Both the position numbers and the translations under genes were made by a program. The notes under the pieces were generated by a model. That model ran no database searches and had not been told where the DNA came from. It worked only from the letters and a program-made list of their open reading frames with translations. From Macrostomum lignano (lineage: Eukaryota), in the NCBI GenBank assembly GCA_002269645.1, contig NIVC01000213.1, positions 44,158 through 108,157 of the forward strand: a stretch of DNA of 64,000 nucleotides, given 5' to 3'. The first letter of the stretch is position 1; each line of letters opens with the position of its first letter. Of the stretch, positions 1 to 14,803 are shown piece after piece.

Positions 1-559
1 TTTTGTTTAATTTTTTTTTCATTTTATTGACAAGTGCAAGACCTACAGAACTGCCATTGATGGGGATTTTCCACTTCTTGGCTCGAATTTTCTTCGATTT
101 TTGTTTATTCTCGCAGCAATTGTTTATGCTTTTTTATAGACTTTAAAGCTTAGTAGACTTGTAGAATTTTTTTTCTTGCAATTTAATTTTTTTTACGGCG
201 GCTTCCGTATATATTATAGCTTATCTTCCTTTTACCCCTGTCATTTGGGCAACTTATTGCTAATAGAATTTGACTGCCACGCAACAGAATTGTATTTGAA
301 AGTGTAGAGCCAGTAGCCTTAGACACGCAAATATACACCATATTTAGCCGCAGAAAGCATTGGTTTTCAGTTTCCAAATATTCAAACGACCTCGTTCTTT
401 GTTGTCTGGCTTAATCCATTGGTAGAAAATTGATTGCTGCTTTGAGACTTGCTTCTGCCGCTAATGACACGCAGCCCTCACACTGGCAAGGGCTGGGCTG
501 CAGACCCTTTGCTATTTGTACACCTCTTTCCTCACTCTTCTCACCTCACTTTTACCTCT

Positions 560-1340
560 CTTCTTTCACCTCTCCTCTCTCACCTCTATTCTCTCACCTC
601 TATTCTCTCACCTCTATTCTCTCACCTCTCCTATCTCACCTCTCCTCTCTCACCTCTACTCTCTCACCTCTATTCTCTCACCTCTATTCTCTCACCTCTA
701 CACTCTCACCTCTATTCTCTCACCTCTCCTCTCTCACCTCTCCTCTCTCACCTCTACTCTCTCACCTCTATTCTCTCACCTCTCCTTTCTCACCTCTCCT
801 ATCTCACCTCTCCTCTCTCACCTCTCCTCTCTCACCTCTATTCTCTCACCTCTCCTCTCTCACCTCTCCTCTCTCACCTCTATTCTCTCACCTCTATTCT
901 CTCACCTCTCCTCTCTCACCTCTATTCTCTCACCTCTATTCTCTCACCTCTATTCTCTCACCTCTCCTATCTCACCTCTCCTCTCTCACCTCTACTCTCT
1001 CACCTCTATTCTCTCACCTCTATTCTCTCACCTCTACACTCTCACCTCTATTCTCTCACCTCTCCTCTCTCACCTCTCCTCTCTCACCTCTACTCTCTCA
1101 CCTCTATTCTCTCACCTCTCCTTTCTCACCTCTCCTATCTCACCTCTCCTCTCTCACCTCTCCTCTCTCACCTCTATTCTCTCACCTCTCCTCTCTCACC
1201 TCTCCTCTCTCACCTCTATTCTCTCACCTCTATTCTCTCACCTCTCCTCTCTCACCTCTATTCTCTCACCTCTCCTTTCTCACCTCTCCTCTCTCACCTC
1301 TCCTCTCTCACCTCTCCTCTCTCATCTCTCCTCTCTCACC
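560..1340. repeat. Pyrimidine-rich minisatellite, 14-nt unit CACCTCT(A/C)(T/C)TCTCT
   Basis: Direct inspection; contains an internal 336-bp duplication. Confidence 0.95.
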
Positions 1341-2094
1341 TCTTTTTTTCTCACCTTTATTCTCTCACCCTCTTCTCTCACCTCCCTTTTTTAAGCTTTT
1401 GTCTCCCGTCTTTCTCCCCTCTCAATCAGCTTCCTTTTTACAGAGGCCCGAACTTTTACGAGTATTTACCTTATCTCAGACGACACACACACACACACAC
1501 ACGCACACACCTCGAGCATCAGGTGAAAATCCGAAACACCGCACGCTGTTGAAACTTCACCCCGAGCTCCCAGCTCAGGACTGGTTCGGTTCTGCCATTT
1601 TGTTTATCGTCCTTTGCGCTTTGAGGATTCAATATTAATCTACTTTTAACGGGAGAATGAAATGCTGACTGCCACTCTTAAGCTCACCAACTTTGACTCT
1701 CGGCAAGTTCTCGTTGAGTGTTTTACCATGCACCTAATACGTGCTATGCATAATATGAATATTATACATTTACTATACCATTTGCCGCACGCAGTGAAGA
1801 AGCTGGACCAGCCCCTGCCGAGATGAAGTCTCTGGTTCAGCTGCTTTTTTAAAAACAGAGCTGCTCACTCATTTCTCTGTCTCTGTCTCTCCTTCTCTCT
1901 CATCATGCTTTCGGTAAAGTTTTGCTTAACTTAAACCCTTCTTTGTGAAGTATGCACGTACTCGCATACGACGCGCGTATGCAATTATACTTTCCAGTAC
2001 ATGTAGGGGAGATTGTTAGTTTATGCGGCTAAGGGCTCAGGAACCCGCCTAGGATTAGCCATGGCACTACGAGTAACATCTTCCCTCCCTTTAC

Positions 2095-2410
2095 TCGCCC
2101 TTTACTGTACTTTTACTCTCCCCATTCCCTTTACTCTCCGTTTACCCTCGTTTTACTCTCCCTTTACTCTCCTTTACTCTCGTTTTACTCTCCGTTTACC
2201 CTCGTTTTACTCTCCCTTTACTCTCCTTTACTCTCGTTTTACTCCCCCTTTGCTCTCCCTTTACTCTTCCTTTACTCTCCCTTTACTCTTGTTTTACTCT
2301 CGTTTTACTCTCCCTTTACTCTCCCTTTACTCTTGTTTTACTCTCGTTTTACTCTCCCTTTACTCTCGTTTTACTCTACCTTTACTTTCTCGTTACTCTC
2401 CCTTTACTCT
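2095..2410. repeat. 11-nt minisatellite TTTACTCTCCC/TTTACTCTCGT
   Basis: Direct inspection. Confidence 0.9.
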
Positions 2411-3019
2411 CTCTTCACTCTCTTCATACCCTGTCTCCTTTCCATCTCTCTCTTCTCTTTACCCCTCTCCCCTCTCCCTCTCCTACTCTCCTCTCTTCCT
2501 CTCTACTGTCTCTCCTCTCCCACTTACTGCCCTGCTATGCCTGTTTGCTACAAATACCCCCAGCCAAAGTTGGTCAGCTATCTATCTTACTCTCTGTCTC
2601 CAATTTCTTGGAAGCTAGCTCCATCTCTATCGTTTGCAATCGGAACCTTACTTTCAATTCAGTTCATGCCTCTCTCCTCCCCTCTCACCCAGCCAGCCGC
2701 GATTTGCCAGAGTGATAGATCGAACCCGAGCAGCAGCAGCCTGAGAAATGAAATAACTTAGCAATCATTTTAATTGGGCTTACTGAGGCTGTCAGTAGCG
2801 GCTCGCCTCTGAAAGTCTGAGCGGGGTCCAGTGCGACTCGACAGAAAGAGGCAAAACCGGAGACAAATATCTTATTATTTTCTATTTAGCCGCAAAACCT
2901 AAGCGTTTGGGTTTAATTTAGTTGCCGAATAACTTTAGAGTGGCTGCGAGCTTGCAGCTGACAAATTGTACATGGACTGATAACTTATAGTGTACTATTA
3001 GAAATGGGATACGGATAGA

Positions 3020-3195
3020 AGGGAGTGAGTGAAGGGAGTGAGTGAAGGGAGAGTGAAGGGAGAGAGTGAAGGAAGAGAGTGAAGGAAGAGATGGAAGGGA
3101 GAGAGAGAGGAGAGTAAAGAGGATAAGAGGGAGAGAGGGAGAGAGGGAGAGAGTGAGAGAGGGAGAGAGAGGAGGAGAGGAGAGGGATAGAGAAG
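3020..3195. repeat. GA-rich low-complexity tract
   Basis: GAAGGGAGTGAGT/GAGAGG units. Confidence 0.8.
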
Positions 3196-3889
3196 AAGGG
3201 AGGCACAGAGCAGTCAGATGAAGAAAGCATCTTGAGCAGACTCCACTATACACAGGCCAGAATCGTACAGTCACAATTTTTTTCAAATGCATTCTCAGAT
3301 CAGCTGAAGTGATGCAGCTCAGCAGGCATTATTCAGCTGCTGGTCTCACGGCTAGTGTTTATTTCCCGAGCTAGCTGGATAAAAACTCGCCACTCCCAAA
3401 ATTCAGCACGCGATGACGGAGTCAGAGGGGGGCGGCATACACAAAAAGCGCCGCACGGGCGCTTATATTGATGAAGCGGCGAGGAAGCTGGCTAGTCTAG
3501 GATAGAACAAAAGTACTCCGAGTTTGAAAGCAACGAAGGGGCAGGCAAATGCAGACGCATACAGAGCTTCATCTTCCAACTTAAATAACTGGCTACTTTG
3601 CATTGGCTGGATACTGTTTCAGGAAATGTAACTTTACGAGGGCATTGCGCTTTCATGCCTAACTAGCTGGTAATTAATCGTATTAATCATTCTGACTCAA
3701 TGCAATATTCAACGCAAAATTAGACATTGTCTCCGCTGCCAAATGCTGATATACAGCCCGAGAGTCCCTGCTGTGCTTGTCGAGTAATTTCTGCAAATGC
3801 AGATCTGGAGTGAGCAGGCAGACAGGGGCAGCCTGAGGGGCAGTTTCTAACCCTACTTCACCGTCTGCGCAGGTGGCTGTGGCGCCAAA

Positions 3890-6155
3890 CACATTATGTT
3901 AAACACACACAAAGAGACAGATTCAGTGCCACTCACATTATGTTAAACACACACAAAGACAGATTCAGTGCCACACACATTAGGTTAAACACACACAAAG
4001 ACAGATTCAGTGCCACACACATTAGGTTAAACACACACAAAGACAGATTCAGTGCCACTCACATTATGTTAAACACACACAAAGACAGATTCAGTGCCAC
4101 ACACATTAGGTTAAACACACACAAAGACAGATTCAGTGCCAAACACATTATGTTAAACACACACAAAGACACAGATTCAGTGCCAAACACATTATGTTAA
4201 ACACACACAAAGACACAGATTCAGTGCCAAACACATTATGTTAAACACACACAAAGACACAGATTCAGTGCCAAACACATTAGGTTAAACACACAAAGAG
4301 ACAGATTCAGTGCCAAACACATTAGGTTAAACACACACAAAGAGACAGATTCAGTGCCAAACACATTAGGTTAAACACACACAAAGAGACAGATTCAGTG
4401 CCAAACACATTATGTTAAACACACACAAAGACACAGATTCAGTGCCAAACACATAATGTTAAACACACACAAAGACACAGATTCAGTGCCAAACACATTA
4501 TGTTAAACACACACAAAGACACAGATTCAGTGCCAAACACATTAGGTTAAACACACAAAGAGACAGATTCAGTGCCAAACACATTAGGTTAAACACACAC
4601 AAAGAGACAGATTCAGTGCCAAACACATTAGGTTAAACACACACAAAGAGACAGATTCAGTGCCAAACACATTAGGTTAAACACACACAAAGAGACAGAT
4701 TCAGTGCCAAACACATTATGTTAAACACACACAAAGACAGATTCGCCGCCAAACACATTATGTTAAACACACACAAAGACACAGATTCAGTGTCACTCAC
4801 ATTATGTTAAACACACACAAAGACACAGATTCAGTGTCACTCACATTATGTTAAACACACACAAAGACACAGATTCAGTGTCACTCACATTATGTTAAAC
4901 ACACACAAAGACACAGATTCACCGTCAAACACATTATGTTAAACACACACAAAGACAGATTCAGTGCCAAACACATTATGTTAAACACACACAAAGACAC
5001 AGATTCAGTGCCAAACACATTAGGTTAAACACACAAAGAGACAGATTCAGTGCCAAACACATTAGGTTAAACACACACAAAGAGACAGATTCAGTGCCAA
5101 ACACATTAGGTTAAACACACACAAAGAGACAGATTCAGTGCCAAACACATTATGTTAAACACACACAAAGACACAGATTCAGTGCCAAACACATAATGTT
5201 AAACACACACAAAGACACAGATTCAGTGCCAAACACATTATGTTAAACACACACAAAGACACAGATTCAGTGCCAAACACATTAGGTTAAACACACAAAG
5301 AGACAGATTCAGTGCCAAACACATTAGGTTAAACACACACAAAGAGACAGATTCAGTGCCAAACACATTAGGTTAAACACACACAAAGAGACAGATTCAG
5401 TGCCAAACACATTAGGTTAAACACACACAAAGAGACAGATTCAGTGCCAAACACATTATGTTAAACACACACAAAGACAGATTCGCCGCCAAACACATTA
5501 TGTTAAACACACACAAAGACACAGATTCAGTGTCACTCACATTATGTTAAACACACACAAAGACACAGATTCAGTGTCACTCACATTATGTTAAACACAC
5601 ACAAAGACACAGATTCACCGTCAAACACATTATGTTAAACACACACAAAGACAGATTCAGTGCCAAACACATTATGTTAAACACACACAAAGACACAGAT
5701 TCAGTGTCAAACACATTATGTTTAACACACACAAAGACACAGATTCACCGTCAAACACATTATGTTAAACACACACAAAGACACAGATTCAGTGCCAAAC
5801 ACATTATGTTAAACACACACAAAGACACAGATTCACCGTCAAACACATTATGTTAAACACACACACAAAGACACAGATTCGCCGCCAAACACATTATGTT
5901 AAACACACACAAAGACACAGATTCGCCGCCAAACACATTATGTTAAACACACACAAAGACACAGATTCGCCGCCAAACACATTATGTTAAACACACACAA
6001 AGACACAGATTCGCCGCCAAACACATTATGTTAAACACACACAAAGACACAGATTCGCCGCCAAACACATTATGTTAAACACACACAAAGACACAGATTC
6101 ATCACTGTTAAACACACACAAAGACACAGATTCGCCGCCAAACACATTAGGTTAA
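3890..6155. repeat. 42-44-nt minisatellite TTATGTTAAACACACACAAAGACACAGATTCAGTGCCAAACACA
   Basis: Direct inspection; 740-bp higher-order duplication. Confidence 0.97.
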
Positions 6156-6764
6156 ACCAAGTTAGGTACATAATCAGGGCGCACTTAATCCATTTAAAAT
6201 TAGGTGAGTTAGATCAGGCAGATCATTTTTATACCTGGATAAAAGTATAAACGATTGATAGTTTAAAAAATTTCATACGGTTCCAGCAAAATTTCCTTTC
6301 GCTCTCAGATTGACTGCTTTTAATAAAATAATTCTCATTCTTTGTAGATTAAACTGCGGCTTGCGGCGGGGAGCCACTTTGATGTCTGATCATAAATTCA
6401 ATCGGAGCTTTGACTCAGACGGGCACTGCATAAAAGCCTGGTTGGGAAAAACTGCAGTGAAAATATTGGTTCAGCAGTCAGCCAGCGGCTTCAATGCGTG
6501 AGCTCTGGCTATTGAAATTGGCACACAATAGGAGCGCTTCATATATGCCTTCAATCAAGCTATTCAATGAATTTCACTGATTTATTTGGTTTTTTCTCTG
6601 AACAAAACTGTTATAAAAAATTCAATAAGAAATTTTCAGCTGGGGTAAAAATGATTGATTGATTTCTATGCCTTATACGTTGCCTTGAGCCGAACTCGGA
6701 AGATGTTTTGCACCAATCTTACTTTAAATGTCACTGTCTCATTTTTATGTTTTTAAACTGCGAA

Positions 6765-7885
6765 GTGACTGAACTAAAGAGTGACTTAACCATATAGTGA
6801 CTGAACCATAGAGTGACCGAACCATATAGTGACTGAACCATAGAGTGACCGAACCATATAGTGACTGAACCATAGAGTGACTGAACCATAGAGTGACTGA
6901 ACTAAAGAGTGACTGAACCATAGAGTGACTGAACTAAAGAGTGACTGAACCATAGAGTGACTGAACCATAGAGTGACTGAACCATAGAGTGACTGAACCA
7001 TATAGTGACTGAACCATAGAGTGACCGAACCATATAGTGACTGAACCATAGAGTGACTGAACCATAGAGTGACTGAACTAAAGAGTGACTGAACCATAGA
7101 GTGACTGAACTAAAGAGTGACTGAACCATAGAGTGACTGAACCATAGAGTGACTGAACCATAGAGTGACTGAACCATAGAGTGACTGAACCATATAGTGA
7201 CTGAACCATAGAGTGACCGAACCATATAGTGACTGAACCATAGAGTGACTGAACCATAGAGTGACTGAACTAAAGAGTGACTGAACCATAGAGTGACTGA
7301 ACTAAAGAGTGACTGAACCATAGAGTGACTGAACCATAGAGTGACTGAACCATAGAGTGACTGAACCATAGAGTGACTGAACCATAGAGTGACTGAACCA
7401 TAGAGTGACTGAACCATAGAGTGACTGAACCATAGAGTGACTGAACCATAGAGTGACTGAACTAAAGAGTGACTGAACCATAGAGTGACTGAACCATATA
7501 GTGACTGAAGCCATAGAGTGACTGAACCATAGAGTGACTGAACTAAAGAGTGACTGAACCATAGAGTGACTGAACTAAAGAGTGACTGAACCATAGAGTG
7601 ACTGAACCATAGAGTGACTGAACCATAGAGTGACTGAACCATAGAGTGACTGAACCATAGAGTGACTGAACCATAGAGTGACTGAACCATATAGTGACTG
7701 AACCATAGAGTGACTGAACCATAGAGTGACTGAACCATAGAGTGACTGAACTAAAGAGTGACTGAACCATAGAGTGACTGAACCATAGAGTGACTGAACT
7801 AAAGAGTGACTGAACCATAGAGTGACTGAACTAAAGAGTGACTGAACCATAGAGTGACTGAACCATAGAGTGACTTCACTAAAGA
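6765..7885. repeat. 16-nt minisatellite GAGTGACTGAACCATA
   Basis: Direct inspection. Confidence 0.97.
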
Positions 7886-8245
7886 GGGACTGAGAATGAG
7901 ACATAAGACAAAAAGTTTTAAAATCAAACAGAAGAACCGACCACAATTTAGTCTTGAAAAGTAATAAATCGATTGCTAACAAAGTTTGACACAGTGCGTA
8001 TTGTCTTTATAGTGCTCCACAAGACACTATACAACAATGAAATTTAATATTTTCAACAGTTATAGTTTCGAAAGTGACATTGTAAATATTTTTGCACGAA
8101 ACTACACTACCTAAAAACTTAGTTATCACATTTAGTAGTGAAACAGCGCATTCACAGCGCCTTCGCAATTTATAAAATTCAAATCCAACGCAATCAGCCG
8201 TCTATAAAGTCCTCCGTTTCAAAAGAAGCTATATTCAGCACAGCG

Positions 8246-11200
8246 TCAGCAGGGTGCATCATCGTCGCCTTCGCTGTCGCCTCTTCGCCGACTCGCCGAA
8301 CCCGACGGCCGGCCTGTGTCGAAGCCTCTCGTGCTGCACAGGAACAGGCAGATGGCGTCAAGCGACTCCAGCAGGGTCACCAGCGAGGCGCCGAGCAGCA
8401 GGCCGAGGGCTCCGCCAGCGTCGGCGAGGAACTGGCTGAGGGGTAGAGCCACACCTCCAGCCGCTGCTGGCTCAGCAGGCTCGATGGCCGGACCTCCAGC
8501 ATGCCGGTGTGCCGCTGAATCACCTGCCAGTGGGGGCCGGTTTCGGAAGGGTTTTGGGTTTCGTATTTTGTGCTCAAGTTCCGGTTTCGGGTTCCGGTTT
8601 CGGGTTCCGGTTTCGGGTTCCGGTTTCGGGTTCCGGTTTCGGGTTCCGGTTTCGGGTTCCGGTTTCGGGTTCCGGTTTCGGGTTCCGGTTTCGGGTTCCG
8701 GTTTCGGGTTCCGGTTTCGGTTCCGGTTTCGGGTTCCGGTTTCGGGTTCCGGTTTCGGGTTCCGGTTTCGGGTTCCGGTTTCGGGTTCCGGTTTCGGGTT
8801 CCGGTTTCGGGTTCCGGTTTCGGGTTCCGGTTTCGGGTTCCGGTTTCGGGTTCCGGTTTCGGGTTCCGGTTTCGGGTTCCGGTTTCGGGTTCCGGTTTCG
8901 GTTCCGGTTTCGGGTTCCGGTTTCGGGTTCCGGTTTCGGGTTCCGGTTCGGGTTCCGGGTTACCTGATAGGCGTGGATGCTGAACTCCACTGCTGCATCC
9001 GGCGCAGGTAGTCCTGCACCGGCAGGCTGACATTCCGTCTGGCCGCTTCGGCCCGGACACGGACTCCCGGTACAGTCGCATGTTCCTGGCGATGTAGCCG
9101 GCCTGCAGGGTGTCCGTGGACCTCAACACGGCCCGGAGTCGGCGCTGGCGAGTACTCGGTGCTCACCAGGTCTGCCGGCGCTCTGGCCAGCTCGGCGGCG
9201 TCCAGCCGCACCGGCGGCCTTCGCAGGAAGCAGCCGGCGGCCCGCTTGAACGAGGCGTAGCCTGCGGTGTCCTCGATCCAGCGCATCTCGCCGCCCGGTG
9301 CCCGAACGTACAGGTATTTGCCCAGGTGGCTGACTGTCCGGGGATCGAACAGCAGCAGGATCGGCTCCCGGATGCCACGCAGGGCGGCAGGCCGGCCGGC
9401 GGCGGTCACCGGCAGGGCGTCGCTGAGACAGCCGCAGTCAGCCAGGAGGTCGGTCTGGCGAACGCCCAGCAGACGGTCGGCCTCCGGCTGGCGTAGCGTC
9501 GGCACCAGCGGCTCTGGCCGCCGAAGCAGTACACGGCGCTTGATGAGCCGTTCGACGACGCAAAAATATTGTCGCCGTCCAAGCCGGAGCGCCACACTTG
9601 GCGCATGCCGACCCGCAGGCTGTCACCCGGCCGCTGTGTCACGTGAGCCACCCGGTCGAATGTTGGCCAGGACATGGGCGGGTGCAGCGTCACAGAGTAG
9701 CTGTGCCGGTGAGTCATGCTCGACTGCGGTGGGTCAGAGTGCGGGTCAGGTGCGCGTCAGAGTGTGAGTCAGAGTGCGGTTCAGAGTGCGGGTCAGAGTG
9801 GGTCAGAGTGCGGGTCAGAGTGCGGGTCAGAGTGCGGGTCAGAGTGCGGGTCAGAGTGCGGGTCAGAGTGCGGGTCAGAGTGCGGGTCAGAGTGCGGGTC
9901 AGAGTGTGAGTCAGAGTGCGGGTCAGAGTGGGTCAGAGTGCGGGTCAGAGTGCGGGTCAGAGTGCGGGTCAGGTGTGGGTCAGAGTGTGGTCAGAGTGTG
10001 GGTCAGGTGTGGGTCAGAGTGGGTCAGGGTGCGGGTCAGAGTGTGGGTCAGAGTGTGGTGTTCAGAGTGTGGGTCAGGGTGTGGGTCAGAGTGTGGTCAG
10101 AATGTGGGTCAGAGTGTGTCAGGGTGGGTCAAAGTGTGGGTCAGATTGCAGGGCTAGAGTCCTGTCAACCTCTTATCATAGAACTGATCATTATCCATAG
10201 AGCTGTCAGACGGTAGTCAGTCTGTTCAGAATTCAACCAATGTAATTTGATTTCAAATAGGGCCCTATACAGATATGGCTGCAGACACTTTGACGTCAAC
10301 CGCTGGATCCATTTTGCCTTGTCATTTTTTGGCTTAAGGATTAAAATCTACAAACAAGCAGAGCTCTGTAAGATTATGCATACGAGTATATTTGTCAGTA
10401 TTTGAGTCGGATTAGCTTTTAAAAACTCATTCCAAGTGAAAATTGCTTTTTATACTGGATAGAATAAAAGCACAATAAATCAGCTGGCAACTGTTGAAAT
10501 TAACGGGAGATTCGGGTGGTTGCCCTTTTCTACAAGATTGATCCTTTTGACAAACATTTGGCGCCACTACGAGTGTGCGCGGCTCGTAGAGTAGCTGAGA
10601 ACATTCTGGCGCTAATTGAGAGTCACTGAAGATTTTGGCGCCAATTGAGAGTCACTGAGGATATTTTGGCGTCTATTAAGAGTCACTAGGACATTTTGGC
10701 GCCTATTGAGAGTCACTGAGGATTTTGGCGCCTATTGAGAGTCACTGAGGAATTTTGGCGCCTATTGAGAGTCACTGAGGATATTTTGGCGCCTATTAAG
10801 AGTCACTGAGGATATTTTGGCGCCTATTGAGAGTCACTGAGGATATTTTGGCGCCTATTGAGAGTCACTGAGGATATTTTGGCGCCTATTGAGAGTCACT
10901 GAGGATATTTTGGCGCCTATTGAGAGTCACTGAGGATATTTTGGCGCCTATTGAGAGTCACTGAGGATATTTTGGCGCCTATTGAGAGTCACTGAGGATA
11001 TTTTGGCGCCTATTGAGAGTCACTGAGGATATTTTGGCGCCTATTAAGAGTCACTGAGAACATTTTGGCGCCAACTGAGAGTCACTGAGAACATTTTGGT
11101 GCCATTTGAGAGTCACTGAGAACATTTTGGTGCCATTTGAGAGTCACTGTGGACATTTTGGCGCCTATTGAGAGTCACTGTGGACATTTTGTTGGCACCA

Positions 11201-12135
11201 CGGGGGTCTATTTTTATACAAGACCTAATACGCAGCTAATGAAAGCTAATGATAATGAGGGATGGCAATGCTCGCACCTGCGGATCGGCCGTGAGCAGCC
11301 AGTCCCTGGGGCTGAGGGTGTGCAGCTGCATCACCAGGCCCGGTGTCTCGTGGTCCAGCGGCACGGGCTGAACAATCCTAGTAGGCGGATGAAAAGTGGC
11401 GCACGAGCCGTGGGCGGGGTGGAAGAACACGGAGAACTGGTCCATGGAGCACAGCTGGCCCTGGTAGCTGCAGTAGGCTATCATGTCCAGCGGGCGGAGC
11501 ACCGCGCTCGAGTTGATGTAGTGCCGGAAGATGCTCTGTAGAGCCAGCCGGGACGCGTACTCGCGCTGAGCCTGCGACAGCCCCAGGTGCGACATGTTGC
11601 CGTACAGCACGTAGCGCCACAGGGCGGGCGCAGAGTTGATCAGCACGTCGTAGCCAAACGTCCGATTGCTGTCGGGGAAGACGTCCGGCTTACCGACGTC
11701 GCGACGAAAGAATGCGCTTGGCGGACAGACGGTCACGTCGGGGAAGACAAACGGCCGAGCCCGACCTCTGGCCAGGACAGTGTGGCCGGCGTTGAAGGCT
11801 TCGAGCAGGCGCCAGAAATGAAAGCCGCTGACTGCTGAGCAGAGCACGAAGGCCACAACCCACAGAGATTTGACTGGCGGCGAGCGGTGCAGGAATTTCA
11901 GGGAGAACGGAGTCAGCACCAGCCTGTGGTAGGTGACTGAGACTTTCCTGCGGCAGTGCTGCTGCTGACGCTGTGGCTGCAGCTGCTGATGTTGATGTTG
12001 CTGCTGATGCTGCTGCTGCGGAGGCTGGCTTTGCTGTTGCTGGCGTTGGCGCTGATTGCGGGAGGGTGTCGTCGCCGCCTCGGCTGCCGCAGCCGCTGCC
12101 GCCGCCGCAGCAGCCGCAGCGGCCGACCTGGGCAT
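8246..12135 (-). CDS. DEG/ENaC (amiloride-sensitive sodium channel family) subunit; 3 exons, frameshifted in this sequence
   Basis: Exons 12135-11278 (donor CAG|GTGCGA), 9723-8964 (acceptor CCGCAG|, donor CAG|GTAACC) and 8523-8246 (acceptor GGCAG|). Motifs: TM1 (LWVVAFVLCSAVSGFHFW), post-TM1 FPDVTVCPP, IAYCSYQGQLC...F..FFHPAHGSCATF, Cys-rich QTDLLADCGC, TM2 FLADAGGALGLLLGASLVTLLE. Joining needs frame switches at about 9460, 9000-9200 and 8441. Confidence 0.88.
8578..8958. repeat. 13-nt minisatellite CCGGTTTCGGGTT filling intron 2 of the first ENaC gene
   Basis: Direct inspection; lies within intron 8524-8963. Confidence 0.97.
9730..10145. repeat. 12-nt minisatellite TCAGAGTGCGGG (intron 1 of the first ENaC gene)
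   Basis: Direct inspection. Confidence 0.95.
10605..11185. repeat. 31-nt minisatellite GAGAGTCACTGAGGATATTTTGGCGCCTATT (intron 1 of the first ENaC gene)
   Basis: Direct inspection. Confidence 0.95.
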
Positions 12136-13364
12136 CGTCAGCGTCAGGGGCAGCCTCGGGGGCGGCGGCGGCGGCGGCGGCGGCCAGAAGACGACGACGG
12201 AGCCTTCCTGGGTATGGTGGAAAAGGTGCCTTCGTCAGATTCGTCGAAGTCGAAGCTGTAGCGGCCCAGCATGGAGGCCAGGTCCGTGGGCGGGCCGTGC
12301 TCGTCCATTGTTCGTTCAATTGAAGCCGACTTGAGCCGCCAAACTGACTGGCTTGTTTATCATTCCAGCTGTCGAATGGCAAGTTCAAGACTCTCAGAAG
12401 AGCGAGTGAGTTTTTGCTTGCTCTTTAAATTTGCAGATGAGGAGAGAGGAGTCTGGGAAGGCAAAAGGGGATGGGGTTGCTGACGGAACTGTCTCGGCAG
12501 GGGCTGCAGCTTCCACCATTGCTGCTCCTAGCAGGGCAGCCGGCCGGGCCAATAGGGAGACAAAACAGATGAGAGAAGAAAAAGTGGAACAAACTGGAGG
12601 GAGCGAGGAAGGGAAACACAGAGTGCTGGAAAGTCATTGGGAAAGTTGACTTACCCGCTGAAGAAGACAATGAATGCTGCTCAGGCTGGGCAGGCGTTCA
12701 GAGCTGCCTCATGAGGATGGGGGATTTGTCCAGACATGCAGAAACATGGCGCCTGCGCTCTGTAGAGAAAGAGAGAGTGGGGACGGCCCGGTGAGAAGCA
12801 AGTCGGCTCATTAGCTTATGAAGAATGCAGCTGAGAGGGCGTCATCACTTTCTGCCAGTGATTCTGCAGCCCTGCCGAACTGAATAGAAAGTCCGTCTCG
12901 CACCTGCCTACCCGCTCTGCCAGTCTGTTCCCGCCTGTGAAATTCGATATTCCCTCCCCCTCTTGTCAGCGGCCTGTTCATCCGGCCAGCAATTATCGGG
13001 CAAAAACGTGTTGGCAACCGATATTGCCTAAAAGAGGGAGGAAGCGCGATCGTTCAATTGGTTCTTGAGACCGCCTGCCTCAATCGATCAATATGAGATA
13101 TGCCAAACAGTGCGCAGTACCTTGGCAGGTGCAATTCATTGTACTGTCAATCACTGTTATAGGAATGGAAGGGAGATGCCATCAGTTAAGGTGCCCCGTT
13201 AATTTGGATAGCAGGCCACCTGCTGGGATCATGACAGCAATGAAGAAAGGAGGCCTGGGACTAACAGTGCATTGAATGCGGCTGCTCTTTTTGCCATTTT
13301 TAATGCTAAATTATGAATAAATCTAATAAATAATTCTCGCTGCAGTAAAGTTCTAATAGCTGGC

Positions 13365-13952
<588 letters not shown>

Positions 13953-14477
13953 AAGTGTCAAAGCCCTAAACAACTACAAAAGCAAAGTCTGCACAGTCTG
14001 CTTGAGTCTGTCCCCGCAAATCAATCGCCCAGCTCCCAACAGATCCAAGCCCATGATGAAGCAGAGCCAGCAGCAGGGCAGCGCTGGGCAAGTGAAACAC
14101 ACGCACACCAGCGGCTGCCACACGCGATTCGGCCAGAATCTGCTGTCACGCCAACAGCGAAGGACCCTGTAATCAATTTCTGTGCCCGATTCTGTACAAA
14201 CCTGATCTGCTATGGTCGCTATGATATCTCTGCATTCTCTAGATATTATCTACCCCAGCTCACAGCTGTCAATCTCCATCTTATTTGCCATCCGACTATC
14301 AATGCGGAACTAATTATTGCATGTAGAGAGTTGAATTGTTACCATGGATGAACGATAATACCAACGCTAACCGTCGCTAAACTAGTAGTCCATGGTGTCT
14401 ATATGGCACTGTACACTGCACTGTTAAAGTGTAGTCCATGAAATCTACGTGGCGCTGTTCACTGTACACAGTTCACA

Positions 14478-14803
14478 TTAGTAGTCCATGAACCGTGTCA
14501 AGAAGGCTTGGCAGTCAAGTCAAACGTAAACTCTTCAACTTTTACAAGACTCTGCTAGCTGGATTCGCTTGGTTTCGCTCAACTCGCTTAAATACGGGCT
14601 AAGATGAGAAGAACTTGGGAATGGGAAGATGGAGAGGAAAGGGGGACTTGAAAAACTAGTACATGCACTCAAGGAGGCTGTGGGTGACATCGTCCCACAC
14701 TTCAAAGACTTCAAAGCTGAACTCCAACGAAATTGTCACAAATTTCCATAGAAGAGTATATGCTGTTCTATTGATGTCACTGATTGCTGTCATGGACTAC
14801 TAA
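14478..14803. mobile_element. Possible non-autonomous DNA element
   Basis: 14-bp perfect inverted repeat TTAGTAGTCCATGA / TCATGGACTACTAA, 326 bp apart. Further GTAGTCCATG copies lie at about 14383 and 14431. Confidence 0.35.

Noticed and set aside
430-7982. Long ORFs such as 430-1638, 449-1552, 2013-2618 and 6902-7738
   Set aside because: They are translations of stop-free tandem repeats; peptide periodicity equals the repeat period and several frames are open at once.
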